From Myxococcales bacterium (lineage in GTDB: Bacteria > Myxococcota_A > UBA9042), in the NCBI GenBank assembly GCA_037441385.1, contig JBBISH010000066.1:1-34403 (forward strand): a stretch of 34,403 nt of DNA, written 5' to 3'. How positions within the stretch are numbered: the stretch's first letter is position 1; every line of letters starts with the position of its first letter. Below, piece after piece: positions 29,952 through 34,403 of this stretch. Both the position numbers and the translations under genes were made by a program. The notes under the pieces were generated by a model. That model made no database searches. It worked only from the letters and a program-made list of their open reading frames with translations, and had not been told where the DNA came from.

Positions 29952-30076
29952 GCATCGGCGCACGGGGCGCGGGCGCGGCTCGAATCCAGCAAGCCGTCCA
30001 GGACCGGCCATGGCCCAGGACGAACGGCAACTCTGGCGCGATCCACCGTGACGCGCACTGGTTCGTGGGGGCAAAA

Positions 30077-30694
30077 GTGCAGGCCTTTCCAATCCGATCG
30101 TCGGTCAGGGCAAGCAACATCCGGACGGCAGATGCCAAGGCCAGCGGCCTGCGCGGACGCACCCCCAGCGAGCCCGGCCGCGGCCCCAGCCGCACCACCA
30201 GCGGCATCGCCGCCCTGGCCAACGCGCTCGGCAGTCGCGCGCGCGGCCCGGTGGCCAGCAGCAGCCGCGACAGCGCCGACGACGACGACCGCAAGGGCCG
30301 CTCGCGCACCATTCCCGCGCGCCGCTTGACCCGCGCCGAGATCGCCGAGGGCGTGGCGCTGGCCGAATACATGGACTACCGCCGGCCCGAGAACCGCTCG
30401 GAATGCCGCGACGGCGTGCGGCCGTGCCCGTTCGTGGCGTGCAAGCACCACCTGTACTTGGACGTCAACCCGGTGACGGGCTCGATCAAGATCAACTTCC
30501 CAGACATCGAAGTGTGGGAGATGGCCGAGACCTGTGCTCTGGACATCGCCGAACGCGGAGGTCTGACGCTGGAAGAAGTGGGCACAATCATGAACTTGAC
30601 CCGCGAACGCATTCGTCAGGTCGAGGTGAGCGGCCTGGAAAAGCTGCAGGCCGAGGACTTTGCGGTCGACCTGGAAGACGTGTTCGGCAGCTGA
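30077..30694 (+). CDS. DNA-binding protein: Cys/His-rich module plus sigma70 region-4 HTH; not a full sigma factor
   Basis: [22 protein letters not shown]...TCALD, then [26 protein letters not shown]; no region 2. Start uncertain (GTG 30077 is a guess). Confidence 0.8.
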   Translation: MQAFPIRSSVRASNIRTADAKASGLRGRTPSEPGRGPSRTTSGIAALANALGSRARGPVASSSRDSADDDDRKGRSRTIPARRLTRAEIAEGVALAEYMDYRRPENRSECRDGVRPCPFVACKHHLYLDVNPVTGSIKINFPDIEVWEMAETCALDIAERGGLTLEEVGTIMNLTRERIRQVEVSGLEKLQAEDFAVDLEDVFGS

Positions 30695-30776
30695 GGACGG
30701 CACCCTGCCCTTGACCCGGCGCGGCGCACAAGGCTTGATCGGGCCTGCCGGCCGGTGGACGCCGGTCCGGTGACGC

Positions 30777-32324
30777 ATGAACAATTCCACGGCGCGCCTA
30801 GCACTGTTGTTGGCTCACGATCGCAGCGGTTTGGCCGACCTGGCGCACGAGTTGTCGGCGATGGGCTACTTCATCGTCTCGGCGGGACCGTCGGCGATGG
30901 ATCTCGCGGCCGCTGGCGTCAAAGTCCTGACCATCGAACGCCTTTCGGCCACGCCCGATATCTTGGACGGGGCGATCCGCACGTTGCACCCCGCGGTCAT
31001 GGCCGGGATCTGCGCCCGCCGCGATCGCGCCGATCACACGGACTTGCTGAATGCCTACCGGATCGGCCCGGTTGACTTTGTGGCCGTAAACCTTGCGCCG
31101 GCTGGCTCTGTCGCGGACTCGCCGCTGGACCTGAGCGGGGCGGCCGCGCTGCTGGCCGGCGCCAACAATCCGCAAGGCGTGGCAGTGCTTTGCGATCCCG
31201 CCGACTACCCCAAGGCCCTGGCGGCGATGCGCGAGGGCGCGCTGTCGATTGAGATCCGCCAAGGTCTGGCGATCAAGGCTTTGGTCCATGTGGTCGAACA
31301 CTTGGGCCATGTATCGCTGGGACTGGGCGGGCCGGCCCTGGGCGAAAGGGGAGCCGGGGCTGAGCAGTGGCCGCCCGCAGCGCAAGGGGGCGCGCAACTC
31401 GAGCCAGCGGCGGTGCTTTGGCAGTCGCCGAGCGGGCCGGAGCAGGTGCAGTTGCTGACGGACCTGCAGCAGCAATGGCTCAGTCCGCCCAGCCTGTCGC
31501 TGCTGCAAGGCCCTGCCCTCACAGCGGATTTGGTGGTCGACGCCGATGTGGCGTGGGGTGCCCTGGCCGAGTTCGGCGAGTCGGTCGCAACGGCTGTGGT
31601 GAGCCGCGCGGGGGTGGTCTGCGCCGCTGGCGTGATGGCGATGTCGGTGGCGGGCGCCGTGCTGCGCGCCGTGGATGGAGACCCGCTGGCCGCGCAATAC
31701 GCAACGGTGGCCGTCAACCGCACGGTCGATTTGGGCGCCATGCGCGCCCTGCTCGCGCGGCCGTTGGCGCTGGTGGTGGCCCCGGCCTTTGACGACGACG
31801 CGGTCGAGATCGCGGCGGCAAGCGCCCAGTTGCGGCTGTTGACGATGGGCCCCCCCAACCCTGCTGCGCTGCACCGGCGGCTGCGCGCGACGCGCCTGGG
31901 CGTCTTGCAGCAGGATACCCAGGCGGCAGGCGACGTTCTCCAACTGGCAACGTGCGTGACGGCCTCGCCTCCGGACGAGGTCCAGTACCGGGCGCTGGCC
32001 TTGGCGTGGCGACTGGTCGCCCATCAGCCCAGTTGCAGCGCGGTGGTGTGCGACGAGTCGGGGTCGGTGGGGATCGCGAGCGGCTTGGCCAATGTGGGCG
32101 ACGCCATCGTGGTGGCGGTGGGCAAGTGCCGGCGCACCTACAAGCCTGTGGCGATGGCCGTGGATGCCCCGCTGCTGGGCCGCGAAAACCTGGAGCCGCT
32201 GGCCAAGCTGGGGATCCGTGCGCTGGCCATGGCCTGCGACGAGCCCCCGGCGCCAGCACTGGTGGCCGCGGCCGAGGACCACTCGATCCGCATCCTTTGT
32301 GTGCCCCGCATCCCAAAGATCTAG
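30777..32324 (+). CDS. Highly degenerate full-length PurH-like protein (IMP cyclohydrolase/AICAR transformylase fold)
   Basis: Collinear with PurH (PDILDG.IRTLHP.V.AGI.ARRD, DFVAVNL, V.VLCDPADY, VAVNR.VD, VVAPAF, AL.LAWR), but the catalytic motifs are substituted. Confidence 0.8.
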   Translation: MNNSTARLALLLAHDRSGLADLAHELSAMGYFIVSAGPSAMDLAAAGVKVLTIERLSATPDILDGAIRTLHPAVMAGICARRDRADHTDLLNAYRIGPVDFVAVNLAPAGSVADSPLDLSGAAALLAGANNPQGVAVLCDPADYPKALAAMREGALSIEIRQGLAIKALVHVVEHLGHVSLGLGGPALGERGAGAEQWPPAAQGGAQLEPAAVLWQSPSGPEQVQLLTDLQQQWLSPPSLSLLQGPALTADLVVDADVAWGALAEFGESVATAVVSRAGVVCAAGVMAMSVAGAVLRAVDGDPLAAQYATVAVNRTVDLGAMRALLARPLALVVAPAFDDDAVEIAAASAQLRLLTMGPPNPAALHRRLRATRLGVLQQDTQAAGDVLQLATCVTASPPDEVQYRALALAWRLVAHQPSCSAVVCDESGSVGIASGLANVGDAIVVAVGKCRRTYKPVAMAVDAPLLGRENLEPLAKLGIRALAMACDEPPAPALVAAAEDHSIRILCVPRIPKI

Positions 32325-32423
32325 AATCCGCGCGACGTTGCTGACCTACGCACTGCAAGCGCGGCCAGGATTGGCTGGGGTCTCGAGCCGCTGCACAGCA
32401 TCCAGGATCCACCATCGAAATTC

Positions 32424-32553
32424 GCCCCGGCCGCCGATTTGGGATGCAAATCAAGGCGCAAGGAGCGGAGCGACTGAGGCGACCTAGCGGTCGCCGCAGG
32501 GAGAGTAGCGACGCAGCAACGCCGTGTTGCGCCCAAAGCGGCGGATCGGGGGC
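32424..32553. repeat. Long imperfect palindrome (REP/MITE-like or structured RNA), single copy in this window
   Basis: Nested arms CCGCCG/CGGCGG, TTTGGG/CCCAAA, TGCAA/TTGCG, GGCG/CGCC; apical hairpin GGCGACC-TAGC-GGTCGCC (32478-32495). Confidence 0.7.
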
Positions 32554-32656
32554 ATGGTCGGCCGTTGCGCTCGCAGGCCAGCCGCGCTACCTTGGCCCTT
32601 CGTGGCGCCAACTTCGCCCTCGCCGCGGCGATTGGTGGGCCCGCACAGGTGCATGG

Positions 32657-33775
32657 ATGCGTGTTCAGTGCGACAGGTGTGGTTCGAGCTACACACTGCC
32701 CGAAGAGCGGGTTGCCCCTGGGCGCCGGCTGCAGTTCCAGTGCCGGCACTGCCAAAATCGCATCGTGGTGCAAGTCCCAGAGGCGGCTGTGGCCGTCGCG
32801 CCCGCTGCGCAGCTGCCCCAGACCAGCTCGCCAGCCTCGCGCGGTGCGGCGCTTTCCAGCTCGCCGGTTCTGTCGTCGGGTCCGCCGGCCGGCCGGGTGC
32901 TGTGGTTCGTGGGCTCGCCGACCGGCCAGCAACAGCGCATGGACACAGAAGGTCTGCGCGCGGCGATCGCCGAAGGGACGGTCAATCGCGACAACTGGGT
33001 GTGGAAGAAGGGCATGGCCGAATGGCAGCGCGCCGCGGATTGCCCGGACTTTGTCGAGTTGTTCGCCCAGGCCGAGGCTCGGTCCGCGGCGCTGGATAGC
33101 GACCCGCAGCCCACCCTAGCCAGCCAGGTGGTCGAATTGTCGCGTCCGGCGGTGGTGACCGGCAGCCATGTGGCGGGCACCGCGTCGGTGCACAAAGGCT
33201 CGGGGCACAACACGGATCAGCGCGCACTGGCCCTGCCGATCATCCGCGTGCAAGACAGCGGCGACGGCCCGGTCGCCGAGCCGATCCGCAAAGACGTAAG
33301 TGTGCGCCGCCCAAGTCAGCCTGCGCCGCGCGACCGCCAGGGCCGCGACACCCGCCAAGAGGGCCGCGGCGAGGGTCGGGCCAACATGGCCGAAGGCGTT
33401 GGGCTGCTGCGCACGCACGCCACCGAGCGCGAGGCCGCCACCGCCTCGTTCGACACGGTCAGCGCTGGCGACGACGACAAGGCGAAGTGGTCGCCCGCCA
33501 CCGACACGTACACCGGCCAAAAGGCGCGCCTGACGCGACGAGTCGACGACCGCGATCGCAATGCGGCCGTGGAATGGGCCGACACGATCGGCAAGAAGGA
33601 TCAAGAGCGCGAGCAGCTGCAGGCGCAAGTGCGGGCCTGGCAACGCTTGGCGGTGGCGGCCGTGGCCGCCCTGGGGATCGTGCTGATCGTGGCCCTGCTC
33701 ATGACCGTCAAGTGGCGCGACGCCGCGGGCGCGCTGGAGCAGTGCCAGCAAAAGCCAGCGGCCCACAAAGGCTGA
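32657..33775 (+). CDS. Zinc-ribbon (MJ0042-type) plus GYF_2 domain membrane protein, resembling the cytoplasmic part of GltJ/AgmX
   Basis: MRVQCDRC..SY.LP......FQCRHC; WFV...G.VNRDNWVWKKGMAEWQRA; disordered linker; coiled coil and C-terminal TM. Confidence 0.8.
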   Translation: MRVQCDRCGSSYTLPEERVAPGRRLQFQCRHCQNRIVVQVPEAAVAVAPAAQLPQTSSPASRGAALSSSPVLSSGPPAGRVLWFVGSPTGQQQRMDTEGLRAAIAEGTVNRDNWVWKKGMAEWQRAADCPDFVELFAQAEARSAALDSDPQPTLASQVVELSRPAVVTGSHVAGTASVHKGSGHNTDQRALALPIIRVQDSGDGPVAEPIRKDVSVRRPSQPAPRDRQGRDTRQEGRGEGRANMAEGVGLLRTHATEREAATASFDTVSAGDDDKAKWSPATDTYTGQKARLTRRVDDRDRNAAVEWADTIGKKDQEREQLQAQVRAWQRLAVAAVAALGIVLIVALLMTVKWRDAAGALEQCQQKPAAHKG

Positions 33776-33824
33776 CCGCGGCCCTGGTTGCACTCGGCAG
33801 CCCGGACTGCAACGCCGGATGGCG

Positions 33825-34037
33825 GTTCCGTCCGAATCGGTTCAAAAACTCGGGCAGTCTTTCGGGCCCGAACCGGGGTCCCCGCCTGATTCTCGCCAGT
33901 TGCAGAACGGGTCAGAGAAGCCGTACAGGCGCGAATCAGGGTTGGGGTGCGTATCAGACCGGGGTCCCGCCGGATTCTTGCCCGTTGCAGACCGGGTCAC
34001 AATAGCCGTGCGGGCGCAAATCGGGTGGGGTACGTGT
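33825..34037 (+). repeat. Repeat family A, copy with two tandem hairpin modules (86-bp period)
   Basis: 33825-33954 matches the reverse complement of 12286-12413; 33958-34037 is a diverged second copy of 33872-33954. Confidence 0.9.
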
Positions 34038-34073
34038 GAGGCCGATGCGCGACGCAACAGGTTGGGGGGAGCG

Positions 34074-34403
34074 GTGAAAGAAACGCCCAGCTATGTCGAA
34101 AACGACTACGGTCGTTGCCTGGACGATCTCGTCCCAGGCGACGAATACCGGCATCCGTTCGAAGTGACGGTGGATGCCAGCATCATTGGTCCGTATTCGG
34201 CTTCGTTCATGGATGCTTGCCCGATGTGGTCGTCCGACCGCTATGCGCGGGCCTATCACATGGCGTCGCGGCCCGTAAGTCCCCATCTGACCTTCAATCT
34301 TGCGCTCTCGATGTCGGTCCACGACGTGTCGCAGCAGGGCATTGCGCACATGGCGTACGTCCATGTTCGCTTCCCCAAGCCGCTGTACGCCGGGACCACG
34401 GTC
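34074..34403 (+). CDS. MaoC-family hot-dog dehydratase (mesaconyl-CoA hydratase-like); truncated by the window end
   Basis: Not in the ORF track. GTG 34074 after GGGGAG gives MKETPSYVENDYGRCLDDLVPGDEYRHPFEVTV...SSDRYA...SVHDVSQQGIAHMAY..VRFPKPLYAGTTV. Confidence 0.75.
   Translation, partial: MKETPSYVENDYGRCLDDLVPGDEYRHPFEVTVDASIIGPYSASFMDACPMWSSDRYARAYHMASRPVSPHLTFNLALSMSVHDVSQQGIAHMAYVHVRFPKPLYAGTTV

Noticed and set aside
29498..30076. N-terminal extension of the sigma-r4 ORF (398-aa version)
   Set aside because: It crosses AT-rich, regulatory-looking DNA with atypical codon usage. Probably non-coding, though the true start is unresolved.
32434..32451. CCGATTTGGGATGCAAAT resembling the left module of repeat A
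   Set aside because: The similarity is short and is better explained as an arm of the separate family B palindrome.
33787..33813. Hairpin GTTGCA...TGCAAC after the ZnR-GYF gene as an intrinsic terminator
   Set aside because: Imperfect stem and no U-tract.
33825..34037. Repeat A as a CRISPR array, integron attC site, SRP RNA or hammerhead ribozyme
   Set aside because: No unique spacers or cas genes; no RYYYAAC/GTTRRRY ends or integrase; CCGGGTCAG is not followed by the SRP GGAAGGAAGCAGC motif; no CUGANGA/GAAA core.

Overview
This is a high-GC bacterial chromosome segment, most consistent with Myxococcota or related deltaproteobacteria. The markers are a TSP3-repeat OmpA-like protein, a zinc-ribbon Ser/Thr kinase, a zinc-ribbon/GYF_2 membrane protein and a Cys/His + sigma70-region-4 HTH protein. 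It holds about 29 CDS, mostly housekeeping: moeB-like, cysH (APS reductase type), an rsmG-TrmH fusion, cyclophilin, an LhgO-like oxidase, ribBA-like, yebC, tyrS, a CoA-type Nudix hydrolase, a PhaR-like protein, a GT2/deacetylase operon, a GT51 transglycosylase, a DeaD-like helicase, purH-like and a MaoC-like dehydratase, plus several orphan lipoproteins. I found no rRNA, tRNA, CRISPR array, transposase or integrase. Four things stand out. (1) A lipoprotein whose body is a NACHT/STAND-type NTPase with 10 extra cysteines, so apparently an exported NLR-like NTPase. (2) A modular, hairpin-forming intergenic repeat at three loci (10512-10573, 12284-12421, 33825-34037) carrying 0, 1 or 2 copies of a hairpin module; two of its ends coincide with host stop codons. 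(3) Three intact ORFs that look like pseudoenzymes: PurH, the RibB half of RibBA, and a rhomboid. (4) An AT-rich region with DnaA-box-like sites, repeated pseudo-palindromes and 18-bp direct repeats upstream of the sigma-r4 HTH gene. All calls come from motif reading by eye; no database search was run.
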